Sequence record: MF158040
Reading direction: 5' to 3' (one strand)
Origin: Shigella phage Sf13
Length of the DNA stretch: 64,000 nt
Shown here: piece by piece, positions 25,685-34,923 of the stretch
Layout of the letters: each line of letters starts with the position of its first letter
Numbering within the stretch: the stretch's first letter is position 1
The notes under the pieces: model-generated
The model's database searches: none
What the model was told of the DNA's origin: nothing
Seen by the model: only the letters and a program-made list of their open reading frames with translations
Program-made: the position numbers and the translations under genes

Positions 25685-26076
25685 TAGCACACCTCAACTT
25701 CAAAACTTACATGTTTTGTGACGTACTCTTCACAATGCTCTTTAATAAATTCCTGAAGCAGTTCATCTTCCTGAGCACGAGTCATCAAAGCAACATACTT
25801 TGGATTCATTGTTTGCTGAATACTGTAGAAAGACATGTCACCAATTTCTGTACCATATGAATCTGACCATGTTCCAGTTACTACTAAGACTTTATCACTC
25901 AACTCCGTAGGGAGTTCAATGTCATCATCCTTTGCGTCATCAATAACAGAGTCAGTTATTAAAAGAGTACATGCTATGTAAAACTCTGAGTATTTTCTGT
26001 GAGTTTTCTCACAAGAGCCACACTCTAAAGCATAGTCTTTAAGCCAGTTCATTTGATTTTTATTTAATTTAGTCAT
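25684..26076 (-). CDS. hypothetical protein
   Basis: 130 aa ORF; ATG start. Confidence 0.5.
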   Translation of the reverse strand: MTKLNKNQMNWLKDYALECGSCEKTHRKYSEFYIACTLLITDSVIDDAKDDDIELPTELSDKVLVVTGTWSDSYGTEIGDMSFYSIQQTMNPKYVALMTRAQEDELLQEFIKEHCEEYVTKHVSFEVEVC

Positions 26077-26172
26077 TTCTCTTTCCTTTCAATGTGTTGT
26101 ATAAAAGCCCTAACAAGAAACCTAGTAAGACAGAGCCTACTAAGGTGACTAACAAGAATGTCTTAATCATCA

Positions 26173-26430
26173 TCAATACCACCATATTGTTTGGTTGTTA
26201 TCACAAACATACAGGTACTCTGTCCCGATTTGTGGGACGATGATTGTAGTGTTGCCTGATATGACTGTCATATAGTATAGGTAATTTCTACTCTGTGACG
26301 TTTGCTGACAATGGTTTGCAGTCATCCAAAGCTTAGTGTGGTAACTGTCATACACAGCAAAACCTACCAGAATTACTAATGCAATCCCAAGAAACCATAA
26401 CCAAAATTTAGGCCAAAAATCATAGCTCAT
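26173..26430 (-). CDS. hypothetical membrane protein
   Basis: 85 aa; hydrophobic segment FWLWFLGIALVILVGFAVY. Confidence 0.45.
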   Translation of the reverse strand: MSYDFWPKFWLWFLGIALVILVGFAVYDSYHTKLWMTANHCQQTSQSRNYLYYMTVISGNTTIIVPQIGTEYLYVCDNNQTIWWY

Positions 26431-26499
26431 ACGTTAATTCCATACTCAATAAAAAAGGTGATGTAAGCCTATCAAGACCTACACCACCTTGTCAACTAC

Positions 26500-28644
26500 T
26501 TACATAGATTTTCTATCCTGAATTTCAGCAATTTTTGCATCGTTCATTCTGGAAGTACCTTTAATCTTAGTCCAGCCAAGATAACCACAAACACGGTTAA
26601 TCACAGAGATATCGTGTGAGTTGCACTTAGGACACAATTCAACATCTGCACTTGGACGGTGACCACAATTCTCACAGATTGCCAAGTCAAAGTTAACACC
26701 TTGATAGAAACCTTTACCCATACCTCTTGTCACACAAGCCCTAATAGCTTTATGATTCTCTGGATTAGCAATACGAACGTACTGGATATGACCACCATTA
26801 CAAGCATGGAAGAAAGGTTCTTCTAAGTCTTGCTTTTCAAATGGTGTAATATCTGCACCAACATTCATGTGGAAGCTGTTTGTAAAGTATTCTTTATCAG
26901 ATACACCTTTAACAACTCCAAACATGTTTCTAAACTGCTTCAATTGCGTACCACAAAGGCTCTCAGCAGGTGTACCATAGAGGGCATACAAGAAACCATC
27001 TTCCTGTTTAAACTGCTCCAGTTTGCCATTCAGGTAGTTTAAAACCTTACTTGCAATATCACCGTCTGACTCATGTAATCTCTTACCTTGTGCAAGGACT
27101 GTCAACTCATCCAATGCAGTGACACCGAAAGAGGCTGTAAAAGACTTCACAGTATCCCAACCAATCTTGTCAGTTGGCTTCTTATGACCTTTATACAAAC
27201 CACCTTGTGTGAATGCCAGAGGGTTAGAACTTGCTGGCATATTAGCAATCATCTCATAACGCTTTTTATGGAAGCTTCTAATCATCTCAAGATACTTGTC
27301 AAGTTCTGTCCAGAAGTCTAAACCATTCTCTTCAGAATACTTGTAAATCATTGGCAGATTAAGAGATACTGCACCGATATTTGCTCGCCCTGTGTAGAAC
27401 TCTTTACCATCTTCATCATGATATGGAGATAAGAAAGCTCTGCAACCCATTGGAGAGATGACTGCACCTGAACGCTCAAAAGCTTCTGCAACAGAACCAT
27501 GACCAGAAACACTTAAGAAGTCTGGGTACATAGCTTTAGAACAGCACTCAATAGCTTTGTCATAAAGAGTTCCCTGCCAAGGGTCTAACATGTGTCTTGT
27601 TTCATCATAGATGTAAACCAGTTTAGGGAATACCACAGGTTTCTTAGATTTACCTTGACCATTCATTCTCACATCAAGAATAGTCTTCGCAATCATAAAT
27701 TGCAAGCGGTTATCTTCACTAGCCATATCCGGTTCGAGTAAACCAAATGTTAAGGTTGTGAATGCAAAGTCACCACGGCTGCAAGGAACTGTATTCAGTT
27801 TCATTTCCAGAGATTGGAATCCTTGAGTTAACTCAATCTGAAGTTGTTCTTTAGCATAGTGGTATGCACCACCTCTTCCTGTGATATTATACTGCTTTGC
27901 TTTCTCCAGATGATACTCAAAAGACTTCTTAGCATATGGCACAAGAACCTTGTCAATCTCTGGGATAGTAAACCCACCAAATTGCTGTGCAGTTGCTGAG
28001 AGTACAACGTCACCAATGACCTGTAAAGCTGAAAGTACAGACTTTGGTTCACAGTATTCGATGCCTGACATTTCAAAACCACCTTTCAAGACGCTTCCAA
28101 TGTCAAACAAGCAACAGTTAATACCACCGAAGATTAAATCTCTCAGGTCATGGATATAAATGAATCCATCTTCAATAGCACTTGCTTCTTCTGGTGTCAA
28201 GTGATACTGCTTAAAGATTTCTTTTGTCAAATATCCACGGATGATTGAGCCTTTTGTAGAGATTAAGCTACTATCAAAGTTAGCATTCTCACGGTCACCT
28301 AAGAAGAGTGTGTCTTTAGTTTTCTGGTAAAGTTCATCCCAATTCTGTGCAACCTCTTTACGATAGTTTCTGTATGTTGAGTATGACTCATAGATTTCAT
28401 GGTTTACCTCTGCCAGAGTTCCTTCCACAATACTGTGAACATCATCTACAGAGATGAGCATAGCATTCTGATTAGTTGCTCTGACAAGCAATCTCATAAA
28501 GGCTGATTCAAGAGCGTGAATAACTTCTAGTGGTAACTCTTTGTAGCCAACTCTATTAGCTGACTTGGTAACTGCTTCGACGATTTTATTTACATTTGGT
28601 TTTTCCAGTGAACCGTCTTTCTTAATAATTTGTACTTTAACCAT
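26500..28644 (-). CDS. nrdD: anaerobic ribonucleoside-triphosphate reductase
   Basis: N-terminal ATP-cone, C-terminal zinc ribbon (CENCGH...CPKCNSHD) and glycyl-radical motif RVCGYLG; ORF-track first ATG (28713) lies upstream of the terminator at 28660-28682, so the ATG at 28644 with AGGAG 5 nt upstream is used. Confidence 0.8.
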   Translation of the reverse strand: MVKVQIIKKDGSLEKPNVNKIVEAVTKSANRVGYKELPLEVIHALESAFMRLLVRATNQNAMLISVDDVHSIVEGTLAEVNHEIYESYSTYRNYRKEVAQNWDELYQKTKDTLFLGDRENANFDSSLISTKGSIIRGYLTKEIFKQYHLTPEEASAIEDGFIYIHDLRDLIFGGINCCLFDIGSVLKGGFEMSGIEYCEPKSVLSALQVIGDVVLSATAQQFGGFTIPEIDKVLVPYAKKSFEYHLEKAKQYNITGRGGAYHYAKEQLQIELTQGFQSLEMKLNTVPCSRGDFAFTTLTFGLLEPDMASEDNRLQFMIAKTILDVRMNGQGKSKKPVVFPKLVYIYDETRHMLDPWQGTLYDKAIECCSKAMYPDFLSVSGHGSVAEAFERSGAVISPMGCRAFLSPYHDEDGKEFYTGRANIGAVSLNLPMIYKYSEENGLDFWTELDKYLEMIRSFHKKRYEMIANMPASSNPLAFTQGGLYKGHKKPTDKIGWDTVKSFTASFGVTALDELTVLAQGKRLHESDGDIASKVLNYLNGKLEQFKQEDGFLYALYGTPAESLCGTQLKQFRNMFGVVKGVSDKEYFTNSFHMNVGADITPFEKQDLEEPFFHACNGGHIQYVRIANPENHKAIRACVTRGMGKGFYQGVNFDLAICENCGHRPSADVELCPKCNSHDISVINRVCGYLGWTKIKGTSRMNDAKIAEIQDRKSM

Positions 28645-28659
28645 TCTGACTCCTAATGC

Positions 28660-28682
28660 AAAAAAGGTCTCCGAAGAGACCC
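28660..28682 (-). terminator. rho-independent terminator
   Basis: GGTCTC-TTCG-GAGACC then TTTTTT on the minus strand; same hairpin core as the 32785 terminator. Confidence 0.6.
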
Positions 28683-28693
28683 TTATATTAATT

Positions 28694-28894
28694 CTACTTA
28701 GAAAACTTTTCAATAAGCTTTTTAAGCTTTCCGCTCAAATCATGTTTGATATCTAATATCTCAAAGATAACCCATACTAACATAGCTCCAAACAGAGCAC
28801 CTTGTTTTAAATCAGTAAATAGGCTAGTAACCATGAATGCCAGAGCAATCATCGGAGCATCTTCAACAAAACCATCCCATAAACGTTTAAGCAT
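28694..28894 (-). CDS. small membrane protein
   Basis: 66 aa; hydrophobic stretches (MIALAFMVTSLF, LFGAMLVWVIF). Confidence 0.45.
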   Translation of the reverse strand: MLKRLWDGFVEDAPMIALAFMVTSLFTDLKQGALFGAMLVWVIFEILDIKHDLSGKLKKLIEKFSK

Positions 28895-29129
28895 TATTCA
28901 CCTCTGCCATAAAGTTCTGTAGTGTTCCAACAGGTTTCATTTCATTGTCTTCAACCTTCATAATGAAAGGCATCTGACGAACAGGTATCTTTGCAATATC
29001 CATCAGGTCACTTAGCTCATAATCTTTCCCTAGCATTCTTACAACATGGTCTAAGCCACGAGCCTGAGCAAAGTTCTTAGCAGTAACACACTGTGGGCAT
29101 CCATCTTTTGAGTAAATTACATAAGTCAT
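28887..29129 (-). CDS. glutaredoxin/NrdH-like redoxin
   Basis: 80 aa with CPQC redox motif near the N-terminus, immediately downstream of nrdB. Confidence 0.6.
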   Translation of the reverse strand: MTYVIYSKDGCPQCVTAKNFAQARGLDHVVRMLGKDYELSDLMDIAKIPVRQMPFIMKVEDNEMKPVGTLQNFMAEVNNA

Positions 29130-30202
29130 TAAGGAACCTCTAAAAATCCTGAATTTAAATCATCAACAACAGTATTCAAAAGGTACGCACCATTTTGTTG
29201 TTCTTGGTTAGCGTTTTGCTCTTTATCAATTTCCATCTTCTTAATCATATATTTCAAAGGTGGTTCTTTAGGAGCTACAAAGTCTCTTGGAATACCAAAC
29301 ATATCATACAATGGAGCAGCGTTGTAGTAAACCCATTCGTGAAGAAGTTTTGTATTCAAACCTACAACAGCACGTCCTTCAGAGAAGATATAATAAGACC
29401 ATTTCTCTTCACTTTCAACTACTTCATCCAGAATTACTTTAATTTCTGGGAGTACTTGACGGAAAGCTTCTTGCCACTCTTCATCTTTCAAAGTTTCTTT
29501 TAATGCTTCGATATCAATCTTTGTGTGAATGATTTCGTCAAGCATAATTTTCTGTACTGCTTGTGCAATCCCTTGGAATTTATCTTGTGCATCAAGTGCA
29601 AAGGTACATGCAAAGGATGCCATGAAGGAAATACCCTCAAGTGCTGTTACTGCAAAGAGACCTTTCAAGATTACTTTGTGGAAGTGTAAAGGGTCTTTCT
29701 CCATTAACTCTTGACGAACATAGCTTAAACGATAGTTAATACCTTCGTCAAGTAATTCTGCCAGTGCTCTGTTCACAGTCTTCAATCTGTCCTGAACAGC
29801 AGCATTCTGGTTAATCTCATCAAGGATTGTTTCAGGGTTCTTGATACACTGACGAACAATCTCTGAATAAGTTAGTGCATGAAGGTTCTCAATTTCTGAT
29901 TGCTTCATGATAGCAGTTGCATAGATATCATCAGAGATGAATGGTGCAAAGGCAAAAGCTAAACTCTTAGCAACCTGTGTATCTGCTTCCCATTGCCATT
30001 TCAGAATCTCAAGCATTACACCAGACATTGACTGAGGGACACTCTCAAAGTCTAAACGTGACTGTTCAAATGGGAACTCATCTTCAGACCAGTCTTGTGC
30101 TTTCTGCTGCTTATACAGTTCAAAGATTTTTGGATAGTGTTTATTCAGTGAATCGAAAGTTTTTCGTTCACCGCCTAAGAAAATTGGATGTGGGTTAATC
30201 AT
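29129..30202 (-). CDS. nrdB: ribonucleotide reductase small subunit (class I beta)
   Basis: 357 aa; di-iron ligand-like helices; ATG with AGGAA Shine-Dalgarno; operon context with nrdA. Confidence 0.8.
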   Translation of the reverse strand: MINPHPIFLGGERKTFDSLNKHYPKIFELYKQQKAQDWSEDEFPFEQSRLDFESVPQSMSGVMLEILKWQWEADTQVAKSLAFAFAPFISDDIYATAIMKQSEIENLHALTYSEIVRQCIKNPETILDEINQNAAVQDRLKTVNRALAELLDEGINYRLSYVRQELMEKDPLHFHKVILKGLFAVTALEGISFMASFACTFALDAQDKFQGIAQAVQKIMLDEIIHTKIDIEALKETLKDEEWQEAFRQVLPEIKVILDEVVESEEKWSYYIFSEGRAVVGLNTKLLHEWVYYNAAPLYDMFGIPRDFVAPKEPPLKYMIKKMEIDKEQNANQEQQNGAYLLNTVVDDLNSGFLEVP

Positions 30203-30474
30203 TCTGGTAAGATTCCTGTATCTAGAAAGTTTCTGGCTTCAGTTGTTGTCATAACAACCCATTTGTCCTTGTTGAACATATCAAGTGGTCTTGCATATGT
30301 TTGCTTTGGATTAAAACAATCAATATATCGTATATGTTCTTTCCAAGAACCATCTGGCATCTTAACTTTTAAGTCTAAGTCTGCAATATAATACAAAGAC
30401 CGTCTTGGAATATAAAATAAATATAGTGAGTTATCTTTGCTACGTATTCTCGCATTGCGAATTAAATCTAGCAT
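30199..30474 (-). CDS. hypothetical protein between nrdA and nrdB
   Basis: ORF track 30199..30582 begins with a non-ATG codon overlapping the nrdA 3' end; in-frame ATG at 30474 has a strong GGAGAAAGG Shine-Dalgarno. Start uncertain. Confidence 0.35.
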   Translation of the reverse strand: MLDLIRNARIRSKDNSLYLFYIPRRSLYYIADLDLKVKMPDGSWKEHIRYIDCFNPKQTYARPLDMFNKDKWVVMTTTEARNFLDTGILPE

Positions 30475-30529
30475 ACCTTTCTCCAAGTTAATTTTAGAGG
30501 GTCTTTTACGACCCTCATAGTTATTCAAA

Positions 30530-32764
30530 CTAAACTCCACAACCTTCACAGTAGGCATCTTGTAGTGCTGATTTACCAACACCGATACGACTGTTAAGAT
30601 AGTACATAGTCTTCAAACCAACAAGGTTTGCATAAATCATGTACTTCAAAGCTTGCTCTAATGATACCTTCTTAGACTTCGAGTAGTCAACATAGAAATC
30701 TGAAGAGATAGCTTGACCAGTGAATTTTTGAACAATTGCATAGCAATCAATCATATCAAATGTGTCAATATCCCAAGCAATTTCATATACATACTTCAAC
30801 TCTTCATAATCAGGTACAATAAACAGAACGTTACCAGTTGCAGACTTCTTAGTTAAGATGAAGTCACGAATAGGGTACAGTCCGTTTGTCGTGTTAGTTG
30901 CCAGAGAAGAACTCTCATTAGGCATGTAAGCCTCTAACACAGAGTTACGAATACCTCCATTTTCTTTAATTCGATGTGACAGGTCATCCCAATCATAACG
31001 AAGTTTTGCATCGTGCTTTTCATCAATTTTCTTGTTAGCAGTCTTTGGTGGAACCCAACCATCAGGGTACTTAGTGAACTGCATGTACTCTGGTACACCA
31101 CGCTCTTTTGCAAGTCTTAGAGAGGCTTCATGCAAGAAGTAAGAGTGCATCTCAGCCAACTCATGAAGTTTAGTTTTACCAGCCCTTGATGAGTAGTTCA
31201 CATAGTTCTTCGCAAGGTAATGAGCCACATTAGTAAGGCCAATACCAACAGAACGACGCTTCTGAACATGGTTACGCATTGACGGATACGGATAATCCAT
31301 AAGGTCAATAACGGAGTCAACCATTGCAAGAGCATAATAAGCAACGTCAGCGTATTCATCTTCTGTGATTCTCCCTGCAACCAAACTAGCTAGGAAGCAA
31401 AGAGCAACTTCACCGTCTTCTTTCTTGGCTGTGTAGCTATACAGGTCTCTTTCATCCTCAAAACCGTGAACTGGTAAGACAATCTCCATACACAGGTTTG
31501 ACATTTTCAAAGGCTCTTTGAAAGGTGTATGATAGTTTGCGTTGTTAGTAAAGAACGGGTAAACACGTCCTGTAGCATAACGTTGTTGAATAAACAACTT
31601 GGCAACTTCACGAGCCTTTACACGTTTATGTTTAACACCTGTATGAACTGCGTGACCTACTGCCATAGCAAATTCATCAGCACTTGCTGTGTAGAACATG
31701 TCATACAGTCTTGGTGCATCTTTGTAAGAGAATAGCAACCAATCTGTATCGTACTGTACACATTGCCAGAAGTAATCATTTGCACCAAATGAGTAATCCA
31801 TTTCATTAATACGCTTTGCAGGAACCGTTGTAGGGTGCTTCAAGCGTAGCAAATCCTCAATCTGTGGGTCTAATGCAGTGAAGAAGTTATTAGCTGAACC
31901 ACCACGACTCTTCTGCTTATTAGCCTCTACAGCAGCACGTACAAGCTTATAATAAGGGAGTTTTCCCATATGCTCAATAGTATTTTGTCGGATTCCATCA
32001 CCAATTGTTCTGGTCTCCATCAGCATACCAATACCTGCTTGCTTAGTTGTCATGTCATAAGCTACTTTTGTAGCAATGCCAAGAGATTCAGCAGTATCGT
32101 TTGCTTTAATTAGGCAGCATGAAGCATAGCCAGATTTTGTAGCTCTCAGACCATTCAGATACGGTGTAGGAGCATTAATCTTCAGGTCAGATAGATATGT
32201 GTAGAGCTTAATAACATCATCTAAACGACGCTGTTTAGGCTGTCTTTCAAAGGCTTTCATAGCCATACCCATGAACATAAACTGTGGAGACTCAAACAGC
32301 TTACCACTTTTAATGTCACGGATTCCATACTTATCACGGAACTGCTTCAGTACTGCATACCCATAAGAGATATCTTTTGAATGTACGATGTGACCTTGTA
32401 AGTAGTCAATCTCTTCAGGTGTGTAATCCATATGCTCCCAAAGCCCCATCTGCTCCATCTTCATCACAAATGGAAGTAATTGAGGAACCTTTGTAAATCC
32501 ACCAAAAGCTTCTTTGTAGATAATGCCAAGAAGTAGTCTCCCAGCCATATCAGAGTACTCTTGAGTTTGCTTATCAATACAAACGTCAATCATAGCTTGG
32601 TGCATTTCTTTTGTTGTGCAACCTTCATAGACACGCTTCATAGCTTCCATGACAACTTCTGACCAGATAATTCCTCTCTTGTCAGCCCATGAAGCCCATT
32701 TATTTAAACGTTCTGGTTCGAATGGTACGATTGTACCGTCTGATTTGCGAATAGTAGTAATCAT
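30530..32764 (-). CDS. nrdA: ribonucleotide reductase large subunit (class I alpha)
   Basis: 744 aa; N-terminal ATP-cone (MITTIRKSDGTIVPFEPERLNKW), C-terminal Cys pair; followed by nrdB. Confidence 0.85.
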   Translation of the reverse strand: MITTIRKSDGTIVPFEPERLNKWASWADKRGIIWSEVVMEAMKRVYEGCTTKEMHQAMIDVCIDKQTQEYSDMAGRLLLGIIYKEAFGGFTKVPQLLPFVMKMEQMGLWEHMDYTPEEIDYLQGHIVHSKDISYGYAVLKQFRDKYGIRDIKSGKLFESPQFMFMGMAMKAFERQPKQRRLDDVIKLYTYLSDLKINAPTPYLNGLRATKSGYASCCLIKANDTAESLGIATKVAYDMTTKQAGIGMLMETRTIGDGIRQNTIEHMGKLPYYKLVRAAVEANKQKSRGGSANNFFTALDPQIEDLLRLKHPTTVPAKRINEMDYSFGANDYFWQCVQYDTDWLLFSYKDAPRLYDMFYTASADEFAMAVGHAVHTGVKHKRVKAREVAKLFIQQRYATGRVYPFFTNNANYHTPFKEPLKMSNLCMEIVLPVHGFEDERDLYSYTAKKEDGEVALCFLASLVAGRITEDEYADVAYYALAMVDSVIDLMDYPYPSMRNHVQKRRSVGIGLTNVAHYLAKNYVNYSSRAGKTKLHELAEMHSYFLHEASLRLAKERGVPEYMQFTKYPDGWVPPKTANKKIDEKHDAKLRYDWDDLSHRIKENGGIRNSVLEAYMPNESSSLATNTTNGLYPIRDFILTKKSATGNVLFIVPDYEELKYVYEIAWDIDTFDMIDCYAIVQKFTGQAISSDFYVDYSKSKKVSLEQALKYMIYANLVGLKTMYYLNSRIGVGKSALQDAYCEGCGV

Positions 32765-32784
32765 TATATTAAATCCTACAGGTG

Positions 32785-32807
32785 AAAAAGGGTCTCCGAA
32801 GAGACCC
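32785..32807 (-). terminator. rho-independent terminator
   Basis: GGGTCTC-TTCG-GAGACCC then TTTTT on the minus strand, after the 32816..33151 stop. Confidence 0.6.
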
Positions 32808-32815
32808 CTTAGAGA

Positions 32816-33151
32816 TTAAATGCTAAAAATCTTTTTACTTTCCCAGAGTTCAATGAACTTCTGTGACACTTTTGTTAGTGAACCTTTAGACATTGTATTC
32901 ATGTACCAGTAACGTTTACCTTCATCGAATGCCATGTCAAGTTTCTCACTAATATCTTCTTCAAGTCTTGCAATTGAAAAGTTACCACGTACTTTGCAGA
33001 CAACTCGTCCAAATTTGATATCGCTGCGACCTTTGCAATCTTCAGTGTACATTACAAAGTCACCATGATGTAATGTCTCACCAAACTTATCATTGCCTAG
33101 TTCTTCACCAGCTTTGATTTCTTCTTTAGTTAACTTTTTAATTTTAGACAT
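32816..33151 (-). CDS. hypothetical protein
   Basis: 111 aa ORF; ATG start. Confidence 0.5.
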   Translation of the reverse strand: MSKIKKLTKEEIKAGEELGNDKFGETLHHGDFVMYTEDCKGRSDIKFGRVVCKVRGNFSIARLEEDISEKLDMAFDEGKRYWYMNTMSKGSLTKVSQKFIELWESKKIFSI

Positions 33152-33470
33152 GATATCTATCCAAGTTTCGTTTCAAGTAAATCCACTGGTCATCTGTGCG
33201 CTCTACACCCATGAACAGGGGGGCTACAACAACTTTACCAAAAGTATTTCTGTGCTGGCAAATCTCGTAAGAGTACGGTTTATCAATATTTAAGCCATAC
33301 TTATACAACACTGCTGCTAATACTTGTTCATTATCCAGAATCGTTTCTGGCTTCTCTCCGTACTTGTCTAACAGTGAATCATTCATAAACACTGTCATAG
33401 AGAGGTTGTAGTTGGAGAAGTGGCTTTTTGCCACCACTTCTTCACCTTTATTAATGTTCTGTGAATCCAT
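33144..33470 (-). CDS. hypothetical protein
   Basis: 108 aa ORF; ATG start; 8 nt overlap with downstream gene. Confidence 0.5.
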   Translation of the reverse strand: MDSQNINKGEEVVAKSHFSNYNLSMTVFMNDSLLDKYGEKPETILDNEQVLAAVLYKYGLNIDKPYSYEICQHRNTFGKVVVAPLFMGVERTDDQWIYLKRNLDRYHV

Positions 33471-34206
33471 TATAACCGACTCCTTTCAACCACTGCTTGA
33501 GGTTGATTGCATCATAATTCAATTTCGGATATGAGGTTACATGGAACTTCTCACCATCATAGTACACAATATCCGCAAGCCATAATCCATTCTCACGGCA
33601 GAAATCTTTATCTGCTTTTGAAGAGATTGGTTCAACTTTAGAAAAGTTTTTAATGCCAAGACTACCAAGACTTCCAATCAGTCCTTGGCAGATAACGCAT
33701 GTGTCAGATGTTACCACAAATAATTCTTTTGCGTCAACTTCTGCAATAAAACTTTCAAGTTGAACTTTTGGAAGATTAGACTGTTTCATAATCTTACCAT
33801 CAGACTTGCGAATAATCGCAAACCACTCTTTACCTTCAATGATTGATTGACGCAGGTAACATTCATCACCAGTACGTTTCTCAATATCAAACATTCGCTG
33901 TAGAGCTTCTTGATAGTCGTCTGTGTATTTGAGGTTGTTGTTTTCACAAACAGCCTTGATAGCACCATCATGGTCATGTTGTGTCAGGAAAATTAAACCA
34001 TCAAGTACATACTGCAAATCAGCTTGAGCATCAAGGGTCTCAACAGGGTCTTTGGCTTCTACTGCTGCGACTAACTCTCTAGCTTCTTCAAGCATACACA
34101 GAGATTGGCTTTTCAGTGATTCCCAATACTCTGTGCTGTATGGTTCTTTTGGATTATTGCCACAACGTAGATTCCAATTTCTTACGGATTCTCTGGAATT
34201 AAACAT
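33451..34206 (-). CDS. MazG-like NTP pyrophosphohydrolase domain fused to a CxxC thioredoxin-like domain (putative)
   Basis: N-terminal EYWESL...LEEARELVAAV...DAQADLQYVLDGL resembles the MazG EExxE/D motif pattern; C-terminal half has CVIC; 251 aa. Confidence 0.4.
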   Translation of the reverse strand: MFNSRESVRNWNLRCGNNPKEPYSTEYWESLKSQSLCMLEEARELVAAVEAKDPVETLDAQADLQYVLDGLIFLTQHDHDGAIKAVCENNNLKYTDDYQEALQRMFDIEKRTGDECYLRQSIIEGKEWFAIIRKSDGKIMKQSNLPKVQLESFIAEVDAKELFVVTSDTCVICQGLIGSLGSLGIKNFSKVEPISSKADKDFCRENGLWLADIVYYDGEKFHVTSYPKLNYDAINLKQWLKGVGYNGFTEH

Positions 34207-34436
34207 TAAGCCTCCTTATCTTCAAACAACTTTTGTTGAGACTCAATATAGTCCATTCGTTCTTTGAGTTCAACACGTTTGCTTAACAGATGTTGAATTT
34301 GTGATTCCAGAGCATCCATCTCAGCTTCTGTAGCTGACTTAGCTTTATTGATAGTCTCCTTCAGTGCTGCTACGCCACTCTGGATTTTAGAAACATGGTC
34401 ATTTTTGATTTTATTAAACATTTTAAACTCTCTCAT
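34206..34436 (-). CDS. hypothetical coiled-coil protein
   Basis: 76 aa, heptad-like charged helix. Confidence 0.45.
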   Translation of the reverse strand: MREFKMFNKIKNDHVSKIQSGVAALKETINKAKSATEAEMDALESQIQHLLSKRVELKERMDYIESQQKLFEDKEA

Positions 34437-34923
34437 TAAGTTTCATGATTTTAGTGATTCTCTTCTCAGCTTCATCATAAGTCTCTTTTGTAAGAAACTT
34501 GATTGCTGCAATGTTTGCATTGTAGAAGAGTCGAAGCTTAGAGTCAATCCTTTTTGTCATGACGTCAAACTTATGTTGTAGGTTAGCTTCGCCATAAACT
34601 AAGCCACCTCGCGTATAGTAAGTCTGGATGATGTAGAAGTCAAACTCTTTTTCACCAAAAGATTCAATATCCTTCTTAATGTATTCAGAAGATGTTTGAT
34701 AAGTCATCCAATCACTTTCTTTTGTCACGACTTTACGTCTGGTCTTTCCAGCAACCTTCCTCTTAGTGACATTATTAAATTGTTTCTTTCCAATATAATA
34801 TTGTCCAGTTTTCTTACAGTATACTAAATAGACAAAACCAAAATAGTTAGCGGGGTCAATTTCCCCGCACAGTGAAATCCAATGTCCATAAACAGGGCAA
34901 TTTCCAAATCCTTTAATCTTCAT
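34423..34923 (-). CDS. GIY-YIG family homing endonuclease (putative)
   Basis: GFVYLVYCKKTGQYYIGKK matches GIY-(x10)-YIG spacing; free-standing between replication genes. Confidence 0.5.
   Translation of the reverse strand: MKIKGFGNCPVYGHWISLCGEIDPANYFGFVYLVYCKKTGQYYIGKKQFNNVTKRKVAGKTRRKVVTKESDWMTYQTSSEYIKKDIESFGEKEFDFYIIQTYYTRGGLVYGEANLQHKFDVMTKRIDSKLRLFYNANIAAIKFLTKETYDEAEKRITKIMKLNERV

Noticed and set aside
26500-28713. Intein or intron in nrdD, or in the 605 aa NAMPT-like gene, to explain length
   Set aside because: nrdD length becomes ordinary (714 aa) once the start is moved to 28644; no Cys/Ser...His-Asn intein boundary motifs or frame interruptions noticed. The NAMPT-like extra length remains unexplained but shows no intein signature.
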